Shown: positions 34,594 to 44,599, counted from the stretch's first letter. The stretch is 45,038 nucleotides of DNA from an uncultured Dehalococcoidaceae bacterium (GCA_964589285.1 CAZPSP010000002.1:1-45038), one strand, 5' to 3'. Numbers and translations are program-made. The notes: a model not told the origin generated them from the sequence alone.

Positions 34594-35838
34594 ATGAAAA
34601 TGGCTGCGGTAATCCTCGCCGGAGGGCGAGGAAAAAGAATGGACGTGCTTTGCCATGTCAGACCGAAACCTGCTATCGAGTTTGCCGGAGGTTTTAAAGT
34701 AATCGACTTCAGTCTCAGTAATTGTGTTCATTCCGGGATCGAGACCATCTTTGCTCTGACTGACTACCAGCGTGTACAGATGGCAAATTACCTGAACAGA
34801 TGGAAAGCCAATAATGCGTCGGACATCACCTTACGCATCCTCGAGCCCTCGAGAGGTCCCTACCTGGGTACCGCGGATGCCGTTTATCAAAATCTTCAGC
34901 AACTTGATCAACTCGACGCCGAAGCAATTCTCATCCTGGCCGGCGACCATATCTACAAAATGGACTACCGGAAAATGCTCCGGTTCCATGAAGAACAAAA
35001 GGCCGAAGCAACAGTGGGCATCGTACGCATACCGTTCGATCAAGCTTTCCGCTTCGGAACGGTAAAGATCGGACCGGACAAGAGAATACAGTACTTCATA
35101 GAGAAATCACCGTTTCCTGATGAAAACACCGCATCGATGGGTATCTATATCTTCAGCAAGTCTATACTCCGGGAATACCTGGTGAAGGATGCACAAAATC
35201 CTGAATCATCACATGACTTCGGATACTCGATCCTGCCGGAGATGGTCAAAAAGAACCGGGTGTATGCGTACGAATTCGAGAGTTACTGGCAGGATATCGG
35301 CACCAAGGATGCCTATTATGCCGCCAATATGGAACTTATCAGAGAAGAGCCTTCTTTTACCCTCAACAGTCACTGGCATGTTCTGACAGACGCTCGCGAG
35401 TGGCCGCCGGTAACCAAGGTCAGCCACGGGTCCGGGCATATCAGCAACAGCCTCATCGCGAAAGACTGCGTCATCAAGGGACGGGTGGAAAACTCGGTGC
35501 TGTCACCGGGAGTGTCCATCGATGAGAATGTGATCGTCCGGGATTCCATTATCATGTCGAACGTTACGGTCGGAGCGCACGGCATCGTCGATAGGTGCAT
35601 TATCGATGAGAACGCTAAAATCGGCGAGTATTGTTTTCTAGGCTTCGGTCCCAGTGTCGCACCTGCTGAATGGGACATCACTGTCATCGGTAAAGATTCG
35701 ATAATTCCTGCCCATACCGCTGTCGGGAGGAATTGCCAGATATTGCCGGGAGTCAAGCCTACCGATTTCACGTCCACTATCATTCACCCCGGCTCAGTCG
35801 TCACCCATTCGTCCCGGAAGTTGTCCGTTAGCGTTTGA
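34594..35838 (+). CDS. glgC: glucose-1-phosphate adenylyltransferase (catalytic motifs intact)
   Basis: AVILAGGRGKRMDVL, FKVIDFSLSNCVHSGIE, GTADAVYQNL, LILAGDHIYKMDY, FIEKS, ASMGIYIF, HDFGYSILPEMV and YWQDIGTKDAYYAANMEL. Confidence 0.85.
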   Translation: MKMAAVILAGGRGKRMDVLCHVRPKPAIEFAGGFKVIDFSLSNCVHSGIETIFALTDYQRVQMANYLNRWKANNASDITLRILEPSRGPYLGTADAVYQNLQQLDQLDAEAILILAGDHIYKMDYRKMLRFHEEQKAEATVGIVRIPFDQAFRFGTVKIGPDKRIQYFIEKSPFPDENTASMGIYIFSKSILREYLVKDAQNPESSHDFGYSILPEMVKKNRVYAYEFESYWQDIGTKDAYYAANMELIREEPSFTLNSHWHVLTDAREWPPVTKVSHGSGHISNSLIAKDCVIKGRVENSVLSPGVSIDENVIVRDSIIMSNVTVGAHGIVDRCIIDENAKIGEYCFLGFGPSVAPAEWDITVIGKDSIIPAHTAVGRNCQILPGVKPTDFTSTIIHPGSVVTHSSRKLSVSV

Positions 35839-35868
35839 TCTTTTCCGTTGGTACAGGAGAGAAGGAAC

Positions 35869-36141
35869 ATGTCTTTCCTCATCACGAGAGAGTGCATAAG
35901 CTGCGGCGCCTGTGCGGAGGAATGCCCGAACGGCGCTATAGAGGAGGATGAATACAGGTACTATATCGACCCGGACCGCTGTACGGAATGTTATTGCTCG
36001 TTCGAGTTCCCGAAATGCGCCGATATCTGCCCGGTGGACGCTTGTCAGCCCGACCCGGAAAATGAAGAGTCCGATAACATTCTATTCCAAAAATGGCATA
36101 CACTTCATCCGGCTGAAGAGCCGGTAGAAGGCACGTACTAA
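35869..36141 (+). CDS. 2x[4Fe-4S] ferredoxin (YfhL-like)
   Basis: MSFLITRECISCGACAEECPNGAI...DPDRCTECYCSFEFPKCADICPVDAC. ATG 35869 follows AGGAGAGAAGGA. Confidence 0.8.
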   Translation: MSFLITRECISCGACAEECPNGAIEEDEYRYYIDPDRCTECYCSFEFPKCADICPVDACQPDPENEESDNILFQKWHTLHPAEEPVEGTY

Positions 36142-36197
36142 GCGGCGGTTCTTCTAGAAAGATTGAAAAAGCAGCAAGTCTTACGGTTTCGCCTACC

Positions 36198-36479
36198 TTA
36201 CTTGCCGTTCGACTTCTGCTTTTTCTTTCGGGACTGATACGAATAGAACCCCGCGCCGATAACACTACCGATAGAACCGAGCACCAGCCCCAATTTTGTG
36301 CCGGACAGCCGGTATTCAGCGAAATCCTCGATCTTGCGTTCGAGCTTCTGAGCATTTGCCAGGACCTTGCGGGCCCGGAAATAGAGCGCCAGTGCAACGA
36401 TGATCAGAACGATCAGGGCCAGCACCACAAGCAATCCCACCACGGCAATAGACAGATCACGATACCATTCGATTTCCAT
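36198..36479 (-). CDS. small membrane protein with one TM helix, a coiled coil and a basic tail
   Basis: MEIEWYRDLSIAVVGLLVVLALIVLIIVALALYF... Start set at ATG 36479 after AAGGAGG. Confidence 0.55.
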   Translation of the reverse strand: MEIEWYRDLSIAVVGLLVVLALIVLIIVALALYFRARKVLANAQKLERKIEDFAEYRLSGTKLGLVLGSIGSVIGAGFYSYQSRKKKQKSNGK

Positions 36480-36520
36480 TACTGTATCCTCCTTTGTTTG
36501 TTTCCTCGGATGAAACTGCA

Positions 36521-37465
36521 TTACTTGGCAGTGATTTCCTGCCCGGTACGCATCTTGTACAGTTCAGCATTGAATTCCACACCGAGCAGAACAATAACCG
36601 CGGAGATCCAGATCCAGAATACCAGGATGATGAGAGAAGCCAGTGAACCGTATATTCTGCTATAGTCGGCGAAATTGGCAAGGTACCAGATAAAACCGAA
36701 CTTCGCCAGTTCAAATAATGCAGCGGATATCAATGCTCCCGGCCAAATCATTCCCCAGGCCGTCTTCAGGTTGGGTGTAAACCTGTAAATGAGAAGCAGC
36801 ACGAGGAAAATGAGCGCGAACCCGATGACGTAACCGCCGACGGTCAACAACCAGAAAATGACCACGCCATTGAAGGACTCGATAATGTTGAGGGTCGTGG
36901 TGATGCCCAATGATAGAAGCAGCAACAGGCCCGCCGCCAGGACCATGATGATATGAAGGGTTTTTTTTCGGATAAAAGGACGATCTTTTTTTATGCCCCA
37001 GGCGCGATTCACCGCGCGTCCCACTGCGGCAAACAGATTGCTGCCGCTCCACAGCAGCAATACGACACTGATCACGGCGCTAATCCCCCGGAACTCCACG
37101 ATATTGTTCAGATTGTTTTCAATGAGAGATGTGGAGGCGGGTAAAGCCCGTTCCAGGACCTCGGACACGGTCTCCTTGACAGTACCGGTAGGCAAAAAGA
37201 AACCGAGCAGGGATACAATGCCGAGCAGGAGCGGGAAAACGGATAGCACCGCATAATAGGCGACTGATGCAGCCCTATCCGTTACTTCGTCCCTGGAGAA
37301 TTCACCGAACGTTCTTTTTAGAAGACGATAGCCGAACCTTTTCTCAAGCCGTTGGTCCAGACGACTGGTGTCATCCTTTATCCTTGTGATCAGCTTCTGC
37401 AAGAAAGTCATATTGGCAAGGTCCGGATTATCAGCGGTATCAATTCGGGACAGGTGCAATAACAC
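36521..37465 (-). CDS. YihY/BrkB-family membrane protein
   Basis: RAASVAYYAVLSVFPLLLGIVSLLGFF, LLLWSGSNLFAAVGRAVNRAW and IYGSLASLIILVFWIWISAVIVLLGVEFNA. Start is ambiguous (GTG 37465 or ATG 37411; neither has a clear SD). Confidence 0.8.
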   Translation of the reverse strand: MLLHLSRIDTADNPDLANMTFLQKLITRIKDDTSRLDQRLEKRFGYRLLKRTFGEFSRDEVTDRAASVAYYAVLSVFPLLLGIVSLLGFFLPTGTVKETVSEVLERALPASTSLIENNLNNIVEFRGISAVISVVLLLWSGSNLFAAVGRAVNRAWGIKKDRPFIRKKTLHIIMVLAAGLLLLLSLGITTTLNIIESFNGVVIFWLLTVGGYVIGFALIFLVLLLIYRFTPNLKTAWGMIWPGALISAALFELAKFGFIWYLANFADYSRIYGSLASLIILVFWIWISAVIVLLGVEFNAELYKMRTGQEITAK

Positions 37466-37779
37466 GCGATACAGGAGTATATAGAAGTATATCTCTAAAA
37501 CGCAAACTTAGAAATACGTAATAGTACGCAATCACTTCATTAGAGGGTAAATAGTGAGTAGCCGGCATTCTCGTAAACGTTATTCCCACACTATGAGCCT
37601 TCTAATGACCTTCAAGGTAAACACTCTATACCGGTACCGTGCCTCCTCCAAAACAAGTAGGGGGCGATTCTTATTTTCACGGACTCTCGATCGGGTTATT
37701 ATGTACCATACCAATTAGAATATCACCGAGGTGGCGGAGGGGAGGAGGGTAAGCCGGCGACTATCACCCGGCTTACAAA

Positions 37780-37808
37780 AGAGGGAGGATGAGTTTCATC
37801 CTCCCTCT
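37780..37808 (-). terminator. intrinsic terminator of the epimerase/dehydratase gene
   Basis: On the minus strand: AGAGGGAGGATGA-aac-TCATCCTCCCTCT (13-bp stem) followed by TTTTG. A second 8-bp hairpin, TAAGCCGG...CCGGCTTA, lies at 37750-37775. Confidence 0.7.
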
Positions 37809-37847
37809 CATTGTTGCCTCTACCGCTATCTCACAGACAGCCGGTTT

Positions 37848-38903
37848 TCACACTACCAGCGTTCTTTGGTCTACATGAGAAGAAAAACCGGATGATACAT
37901 ATTGAGCCAGGCGAGGCCAGTTTTCATGGTACCACCGGATAGTCTCTTCAAGTCCTTCTTCCAGTGATATCTCCGGCTGCCAACCGAGTAACCGCCCGGC
38001 CTTGCAGCAATCGAGGCATTTACGTATCGGCACGGACTGGGGCCGGCCTCTGAAAACCGGTTCTCTCTCCTTTCCATCAAACAAACGGCTGATCAGCACC
38101 GTTAATTCGCGGATGGAAAGAGGATTGCCACCACTGAAATTGTATGCCTCACCTTTCACAGCGTCAATGTGTTCGGCAACAGCTAAATAGGCGCGGGCCA
38201 TATCACGCACGTGGAGGAATTCGAAGACGGTGGAGCCATCATCACGGTCTCCGAAATCGTAGGGCTCGTTTTCACACAACCTCCGGATCGCCCCGGGGAC
38301 TATGGTACTGAAATTGGTGCTTCCCGGTCCGTAAGTATTCATAAAACGGCAGACAGCGGCCCGGGTGCCGTAAGTCTGGGCGTAACAGCGCACCGCGAAG
38401 TCGGCCCCTATCTTGGATGCACCGTAGAGGTTAGCGGCTTTTCCGGCCGGCTGTTCTTCCGGGATCATCGCCTGTTGGCGGGTGGTCCCGTAATACGCTC
38501 CGCTGGAAGCAAATACCAGTGCGGGTCCCAGGGGTGATGTCCTCACAGCCTCCAGCACGGCGGCAGTCCCCATCATATTAACCGAGAGCGTCTCATACGG
38601 CATATAAACGCTCATGGGTACGATGGGCTGGGCGGCCAGGTGAAAGACAAACCCGATTTCGTAACGATAGAGAATGAACTTGATGAGTTCCAGGTCCCGA
38701 ACATCACCGGAAATGACGTGAACATTGTTTGCCAGACCACTGATATCGAGGTACGAATCCGGAGGATTCAATCTGTCCAAGACGAAGACCTTCGCGCCTC
38801 TTCGCAGTAGTTGTTCACATAGGTGAGAACCGCCGAACCCCATGCCTCCGGTCACCAGGCAACATTTATTATACCAGTTCGAATCCATGTACCTGTCCAT
38901 CAT
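37848..38903 (-). CDS. NAD-dependent sugar epimerase/dehydratase (extended SDR; resembles NDP-hexose 4,6-dehydratases)
   Basis: CLVTGGMGFGGSHLCEQLLRRGAKV (Rossmann), FASSGAYYG and YGASK (YxxxK). AGGAGGG SD. Confidence 0.8.
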   Translation of the reverse strand: MMDRYMDSNWYNKCCLVTGGMGFGGSHLCEQLLRRGAKVFVLDRLNPPDSYLDISGLANNVHVISGDVRDLELIKFILYRYEIGFVFHLAAQPIVPMSVYMPYETLSVNMMGTAAVLEAVRTSPLGPALVFASSGAYYGTTRQQAMIPEEQPAGKAANLYGASKIGADFAVRCYAQTYGTRAAVCRFMNTYGPGSTNFSTIVPGAIRRLCENEPYDFGDRDDGSTVFEFLHVRDMARAYLAVAEHIDAVKGEAYNFSGGNPLSIRELTVLISRLFDGKEREPVFRGRPQSVPIRKCLDCCKAGRLLGWQPEISLEEGLEETIRWYHENWPRLAQYVSSGFSSHVDQRTLVV

Positions 38904-39193
38904 AATGACCCTCCTGCCAGAACATAACGATTATTTATGAGTATTTTAGTCATATTTACCGGCGGATTTTATCGGTAAGGACATCTATTCATGCAATAGC
39001 AATTACATAATGGATAGAACGGGATTGTGATTATTACTGATAACGGGTTCTCAAACCGAGGCTGAAACGCCTGAAAGAGCATGAAAAATACGTAACTACA
39101 TATTTCATGCGCTAAGCGTGTACTTACATTGACACCCGTATCGCTCCCTATCCAAAATGAATGGTACCACCTTGACCCGAAAGGATTACGGCA

Positions 39194-39364
39194 ATGCAAA
39201 AAGACACTATTGAAGGCTATAAGGTCAAATGTGATTGTTGCGGCACCGAGACCATGGCTGAGATCAGAGAAGATAAGATAATCATCATCGATAAACGTCA
39301 CGGTCGGAGACATATCGCCGTCATCAGGCTATCTGATCTGCTAGCCATCATGAACCGGAGCTGA
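39194..39364 (+). CDS. unannotated 56-aa ORF with a CxxC motif (below the ORF-track cutoff)
   Basis: MQKDTIEGYKVKCDCCGTETMAEIREDKIIIIDKRHGRRHIAVIRLSDLLAIMNRS*. AAGGA lies 8 nt upstream. It sits in an otherwise gene-free gap, and the antisense 114-aa track ORF is unconvincing. Confidence 0.35.
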   Translation: MQKDTIEGYKVKCDCCGTETMAEIREDKIIIIDKRHGRRHIAVIRLSDLLAIMNRS

Positions 39365-39597
39365 TACCGCCGGCTGCTTACAAGCCCAGGCTTCACCATT
39401 CTTTTCGGTATCCCGTAGGAACCTCGGTAATGATACGGTGGTTCCGACTATACTTCATAGTACGTAAAACGCTAGATATACTAGCTGTCTGCTATTTCAT
39501 TAAGTCTCTACCGTAGGTTGATTTATGTGGTTGTGCGGATATAGGCATTCCGAGCAAACAGGTATGATGCATCTGTATATCGCTTCGGAGGTCTTTC

Positions 39598-41370
39598 ATG
39601 TGTGGAATCGTAGGCTATATCGGCCATCAACCTGCTCAAGCAGTACTATTTTCCTCGCTGGAACGGTTGGAGTACCGTGGGTATGATTCATCGGGCATAG
39701 CGGTACGGGGTAGCGGTATTACCGTCGAAAAGAATTCAATCCGCATCAGTGAACTTGAAAAGACCACTCGCCCGCACCCGGGTACGGTCGGAATCGGACA
39801 TACGCGCTGGGCGACACATGGAATTCCTTCCGCGCTCAACAGCCATCCGCACGTGGACTGCACCGGGAAAATTGCCGTCGTCCATAACGGGGTCATCACC
39901 AATCACCAGTCTCTTAGAAATCAGCTAAAAGCAGAAGAGCACCGGTTTTTATCGGAAACCGACACCGAGGTCATCCCTCATCTCATCGAAAAATATTACG
40001 TTTCCGGGCAGCTTGAATATGCCGTGGCGCGAGCGCTAAAAGAGGTCGAAGGTTCTTACGCTATCGCGGTCATTACAGAAGACGAGCGGAAACTCGTGGT
40101 CGCCCGGCAGGACTCTCCGCTCGTTATCGGCATAGGAGATCATGAATATTTCATCGCTTCCGATGTCCCGGCCCTGCTTGAGTATACGGACAGGGTCATA
40201 TTTCTTGAAAACGGGGACATCGGTGTTTTACAGGATTCCGGACTGCAGGTGATCAATAACGGCGAGACCGTTATACGCAGCGTGCAAAATGTTTGCTGGA
40301 AAAACGAGGACGCGCGGAAGAATGGTTTTGAACACTACATGATCAAAGAGATCTGCGAACAGCCGCGGGTAATCCGGGATACACTTGTTGCCAATGACTT
40401 TAACCAGCTCTGGCCGGGACGACCCCAGCCTTCCAGTCTGCTCATCGTCGCCTGCGGTACTTCTTACCATGCCGGTTGTGTCGGCGAACACGTCCTGGAA
40501 GAATTGACCGGCATTCCTGTTACAGTGAAGCTTGCCAGCGAGATCAACTACCGGCCCCACTATCCCGCCCCCCCGGAAGCCGTATTCATCACGCAATCCG
40601 GGGAAACCGCGGATATCCTGCAAGCTATGAAACGCCTCAAAGAAAAGGGCACGAGGTGCCTAGTGATTACTAATGTACCTAATAGTTCCGCGAGCCGCCT
40701 GGCCGATCAAGTCCTCCTTATCTGCGCCGGTCCGGAGATAAGCGTCGCGGCCACAAAAAGTTTCTTGGGCCAGTTAATGGTCCTTTATCAGTTGGCGTTG
40801 TACCTTTATGAACGCCGTCCGGAAAACGGCTGGGGCAGCCTGCATCGTGAAATGGCACAGCTTCCCGGCAAGGTCCAGTCCATACTGGATAACCGGCAGC
40901 CCATCATAGATTGCGCTGTCAGACTGGCAGGCTCTCAGCATGCCTTCTTTATCGGGAGAGGCAGTAATTACGCCATTGCCCAGGAAGGCGCCCTCAAATT
41001 GAAGGAAATCTCATACATCCACGCGGAGGCTTGTCCCGCGGGAGAACTGAAGCACGGCCCGCTCGCACTACTGGAGCATGATTCACCCGTTATCGCGGTG
41101 ACATCTCCCGGCTATGCTCTGACGGCCATGCTTACCAGCATTAAGGAGGTAAAAGCGCGTGATGCCTATGTCGTCGCGGTGGGAAACGAACATACCACGG
41201 AGCTCTGGCAGGAAGCGGATGACGTGCTTGCGGTGCCGGACACAAACCCGTTGTTGTCCCCGGTTCTGAACACCGTCATCCTGCAGCTTCTTGCCTACTA
41301 CACCGCCAAAATCAGGCATTGCCCGATAGACTTTCCAAGGAACCTGGCAAAAAGTGTAACAGTAGAATAA
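39598..41370 (+). CDS. glmS: glutamine--fructose-6-phosphate aminotransferase (isomerising)
   Basis: MCGIVGYIGHQPA (N-terminal nucleophile Cys), GIGHTRWATHG, two SIS domains and C-terminal LAKSVTVE. GGAGG SD. Confidence 0.95.
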   Translation: MCGIVGYIGHQPAQAVLFSSLERLEYRGYDSSGIAVRGSGITVEKNSIRISELEKTTRPHPGTVGIGHTRWATHGIPSALNSHPHVDCTGKIAVVHNGVITNHQSLRNQLKAEEHRFLSETDTEVIPHLIEKYYVSGQLEYAVARALKEVEGSYAIAVITEDERKLVVARQDSPLVIGIGDHEYFIASDVPALLEYTDRVIFLENGDIGVLQDSGLQVINNGETVIRSVQNVCWKNEDARKNGFEHYMIKEICEQPRVIRDTLVANDFNQLWPGRPQPSSLLIVACGTSYHAGCVGEHVLEELTGIPVTVKLASEINYRPHYPAPPEAVFITQSGETADILQAMKRLKEKGTRCLVITNVPNSSASRLADQVLLICAGPEISVAATKSFLGQLMVLYQLALYLYERRPENGWGSLHREMAQLPGKVQSILDNRQPIIDCAVRLAGSQHAFFIGRGSNYAIAQEGALKLKEISYIHAEACPAGELKHGPLALLEHDSPVIAVTSPGYALTAMLTSIKEVKARDAYVVAVGNEHTTELWQEADDVLAVPDTNPLLSPVLNTVILQLLAYYTAKIRHCPIDFPRNLAKSVTVE

Positions 41371-41411
41371 ACCCGGATCAGATATAGCTGCATCCGGGTT
41401 GTGGAGTGAGG

Positions 41412-42122
41412 ATGAACGTGGGCAAGATCAGGATATTACTCGCTGACGACCACGAAGTGGTGAGGAAGGGTTTACACCCGGTAATTGAAGCGGAAGACGA
41501 CCTGGAAATAGTTGCGGAAGCTTCTAATGGAGTAGAGGTAACCGAGCAGGTCTCCGAAAAGCGTCCAGACCTGGTGATACTTGATTTATTCATGCCGCAC
41601 GGCGGCAACAGTCTGATCAAGGAACTATCGACGAATTATCCGGAGTCCAGGATCATTGTCTTTTCCTTTTATGACAATGAAGCCTATGTGCTCGGCGCGC
41701 TGGAGAACGGCGCTCGCGGTTATGTTCTGAAAGAATCCAGCACCGATGAACTTCTCCGAGCGATACGGGAAGTGCACGCCGGCAGACGATATCTCGATAA
41801 CCGGCTTTCCCAGATCGCCATCGATGCTTTTGTTCAGAACGTACAACGCGAGCCGGACCTGTACAACCGTTTGACACCACGTGAAAAAGAGGTACTGCAA
41901 CTTGTTACCAACGGTCTTTCCAACGCTGAAATTGCTGAAAAGCTGTTCGTTAGCCGGAGGACAGTAGAAATCCACCGCGCTAACCTTAACCGGAAACTGG
42001 GACTGCAACCCCAATATGTACAATTGATGCGGTACGCACGTGAGCTTGGTCTGGTACGCCCTCAATCCGAAGAAGAGGAAAAGGGCCCGACCAACGATAA
42101 TCCGGTGGAGAAAAGCAGCTAG
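41412..42122 (+). CDS. NarL/LuxR-family response regulator
   Basis: IRILLADDHEVVRKGL, DLVILDLFMPHG, VFSFY and GYVLKE, then LTPREKEVLQLVTNGLSNAEIAEKLFVSRRTVEIHRANLNRKLG. ATG 41412 is preferred over GTG 41406. Confidence 0.9.
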   Translation: MNVGKIRILLADDHEVVRKGLHPVIEAEDDLEIVAEASNGVEVTEQVSEKRPDLVILDLFMPHGGNSLIKELSTNYPESRIIVFSFYDNEAYVLGALENGARGYVLKESSTDELLRAIREVHAGRRYLDNRLSQIAIDAFVQNVQREPDLYNRLTPREKEVLQLVTNGLSNAEIAEKLFVSRRTVEIHRANLNRKLGLQPQYVQLMRYARELGLVRPQSEEEEKGPTNDNPVEKSS

Positions 42123-42124
42123 TC

Positions 42125-42973
42125 ATGGTAACGCTGGTTATCTTTTACGGGAGTATAACCTTTTGTTTCTTTTTTACTATCCTCCGGATTACAAGGGCGT
42201 TGACGGCGCCGGTCAATCTCGCGTGGGACATACAGCGTAAAGACCCCGTATATGACCTGGTCAGATCTGAGACCGGGAAGCATATAGGCTACCATAAATG
42301 GGCCAACACGATGACTGACCTGGTATTTCTCAAGGGCTTCTTGCGGTACAGACCATGGTTCTGGCTGCCGCTTTTCCTGTTTCACGCGGGTATATATCTC
42401 CTGTTTACCTGGCATGTACTATTGGTAGTAGAGTCGCTGGCTGACTTCCAGGTGAGTGCTGGAACGGGCAGAGTACTGGGGCATCTCGGAGCGGCCCTGG
42501 CCTTCAGCGGAGGAACGGGCATACTGGCCGGACGGGTCTTCAGCCGGACAATGAGAAAATCCTATCCACCAATACACTACCTGAAGTGGGTGTTCATCCT
42601 GGCGATGATCGTCCAGGGTTATTTAGCGGTCCTGATGCACTTTGGTGACGACTACGGCTCTGTCGCTGCTTACGCAACAAGGCAATTCCAGTTCGACTGG
42701 CAATACAAGCTTCACGCGCCTCTGGCGCCGTCACTTCATGTGCTACTGGTTTCCGCCTGGCTTATATTTTTCCCCTTCAGTCACGTGCCGCGGCTCTTTT
42801 TCAGGTATTATCGTGAACTGCGCTGGGACCATGTGCGCAACCGCCAGGGCGGTCACCTGGAAAAAATCCTCTCGCGGAACCTGGGGCGTCCCGTTACCTG
42901 GGCGGCCCCTCACGTCGGCGGAGCAAACACCTGGTCATCATTGGTCAAGAACGTTTCACGGAAAGGATACTGA
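42125..42973 (+). CDS. NarI/DsrM/HdrE-like integral membrane (di-haem b type) protein
   Basis: Multi-TM. FWLPLFLFHAGIYLL, LAVLMHFG and LIFFPFSHVPRLF resemble His-bearing helices of the nitrate-reductase-gamma family. It starts 2 nt after the RR stop. Confidence 0.6.
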   Translation: MVTLVIFYGSITFCFFFTILRITRALTAPVNLAWDIQRKDPVYDLVRSETGKHIGYHKWANTMTDLVFLKGFLRYRPWFWLPLFLFHAGIYLLFTWHVLLVVESLADFQVSAGTGRVLGHLGAALAFSGGTGILAGRVFSRTMRKSYPPIHYLKWVFILAMIVQGYLAVLMHFGDDYGSVAAYATRQFQFDWQYKLHAPLAPSLHVLLVSAWLIFFPFSHVPRLFFRYYRELRWDHVRNRQGGHLEKILSRNLGRPVTWAAPHVGGANTWSSLVKNVSRKGY

Positions 42974-42975
42974 CG

Positions 42976-44562
42976 ATGGCACTCGCGCGCAACAGTCACT
43001 TGATACAGAATCTCGGCGCGGACCGGCCGCCTGTCGTGATCGAAGCCAGTAAACTACTCCCTTTACCCGGACCATCTCCTCAATTTCCTGAGAAGATCGT
43101 ACCCGATTTTCCAGAATCAGAGTACGATTGCTCGCTCGATGGTTTTTCCGCCTTACGCCTCCCCGTACATATTGCTCCAGAACAAAAAGCCGGTCTGACC
43201 GGAGCATTCCTTAGCGGCATGCGCAAACTGCTCTCCCGTGATGATAACTGGACGTTCTGGCAGCCATTGATCCTCTCCCTGGAGAATTGTGTCGGCTGTC
43301 AGACTTGCAGTGATGCCTGTCCTATCTTTCAGTCAAGCGGAAAAGAAGAGATATACCGTCCTTCATATCGTGGTGAAATATTGCGTTTCATCAAGCAGCG
43401 GTACCTGGAAGGCACGGATGATCCGACCGATACGGTCTTGACATGGACGTTGATCGCCAGGCTGGCCGAACTTGCCTACCGGTGCACACTTTGCCGGCGG
43501 TGTTCCCAGGTCTGTCCCATGGGCGTAGATAACGGCCTGATCGCCCGTGAATTACGCAAACTGTTTAGCCAGGAAATGGGCATCGCGCCTCCGGAGCTGC
43601 ATGAGCTGGGAACAGTGGCACTGATTGATACCCCTTCCGGTTGTCCGCCGGAGAAGATAGAGAACATGATCGAGACGGTGGAAGAAGGCATTTTGGAAAA
43701 GACGGGCAGGCACACCACTCTTCCCGTGGATAAAAAGGGCGCGGATTTTCTCTTTATCCAGACCTCCCTGGAGTCTCCCGCCTGGCTGACCTGTCCGGAA
43801 TGCTTTGCCATCGTCTTTGAGAAAGCCGGTCTTAACTGGACCCTTTCCAGCGAGATCGGCTTCGGAGGTTCCAACTTCGGCCTGTGGTATGATGATATAC
43901 AATTTGCCCGGATCGTGTACCAGCAGATAGAGATCGCCCGTGAACTCGGGGTAAAGAAGATCGTTCTCGGAGAATGCGGCCACGCGTACAAGGCCCTGGC
44001 GGGAGTCGCCGACCGTATTCTTGGGCCGGACATGTTGATCCCGAGGATCAGCTGGCTGGAGCTGCTGAAAGACATCGTGGAAAGCGGCGCCCTCGAACTG
44101 ATTCCAGAACGCAATGATTTTGCGGTAACCCTGCACGATCCATGCAATGTGACCCGGCAAATGGGCATGGTTAATTCCCAGCGGCGGATTCTGAGGAAGG
44201 TTTGCCGCCGATTCCGGGAAATGGAACCTCACGGCGTTCATAACTACTGCTGCGGCGGCGGCAGCGGTCTAATCCTCATCAACAATGGCAACTTCCGCCA
44301 GTGGAGGGCGGCGATCGCCGGGCGGTACAAGGTGAAACAGATACTGGAAACATTTCAAGACTGCCTCGATACCCGGACGCCCAAGTTCGTCTGCGCACCC
44401 TGCTTTACCTGTAAACTGGAACTCAACGATTTGTTCGATTTTTATGACGTCTGGGACCGTTACCATATCAAGTACGGGGGCTTGATCGAGCTTGTGGTCA
44501 ACGCGATGCCGGACGTTAAGAAACCGATCATCGATTGGGACTCCCCGGCTGATAACTATTAA
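42976..44562 (+). CDS. DsrK/HdrD-like Fe-S protein with CCG domains
   Basis: CVGCQTCSDACP and CTLCRRCSQVCP ferredoxin motifs. CCG domain: HDPCNVTRQ...HNYCCGGGSG. It starts 2 nt after the upstream stop. Confidence 0.8.
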   Translation: MALARNSHLIQNLGADRPPVVIEASKLLPLPGPSPQFPEKIVPDFPESEYDCSLDGFSALRLPVHIAPEQKAGLTGAFLSGMRKLLSRDDNWTFWQPLILSLENCVGCQTCSDACPIFQSSGKEEIYRPSYRGEILRFIKQRYLEGTDDPTDTVLTWTLIARLAELAYRCTLCRRCSQVCPMGVDNGLIARELRKLFSQEMGIAPPELHELGTVALIDTPSGCPPEKIENMIETVEEGILEKTGRHTTLPVDKKGADFLFIQTSLESPAWLTCPECFAIVFEKAGLNWTLSSEIGFGGSNFGLWYDDIQFARIVYQQIEIARELGVKKIVLGECGHAYKALAGVADRILGPDMLIPRISWLELLKDIVESGALELIPERNDFAVTLHDPCNVTRQMGMVNSQRRILRKVCRRFREMEPHGVHNYCCGGGSGLILINNGNFRQWRAAIAGRYKVKQILETFQDCLDTRTPKFVCAPCFTCKLELNDLFDFYDVWDRYHIKYGGLIELVVNAMPDVKKPIIDWDSPADNY

Positions 44563-44599
44563 TTATACTCTTCACCGAATGTAGTACTGGAGGTATTGT

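Noticed and set aside
34394-34597. 67-aa ORF overlapping the glgC start (ATGA)
   Set aside because: It has no properly spaced SD and no recognisable domain, and its composition is unremarkable. The strong AAGGAGG inside its 3' end serves glgC. It cannot be supported as a gene from sequence alone.
39365-39597. Possible glmS ribozyme in the 233-nt leader of glmS
   Set aside because: Compared by eye with the conserved glmS ribozyme core as I recall it (AGCGCC...GACGAGGA-type segments). None of those elements is present and the region is AT-rich with no obvious pseudoknot-forming repeats. An Infernal scan would settle it.
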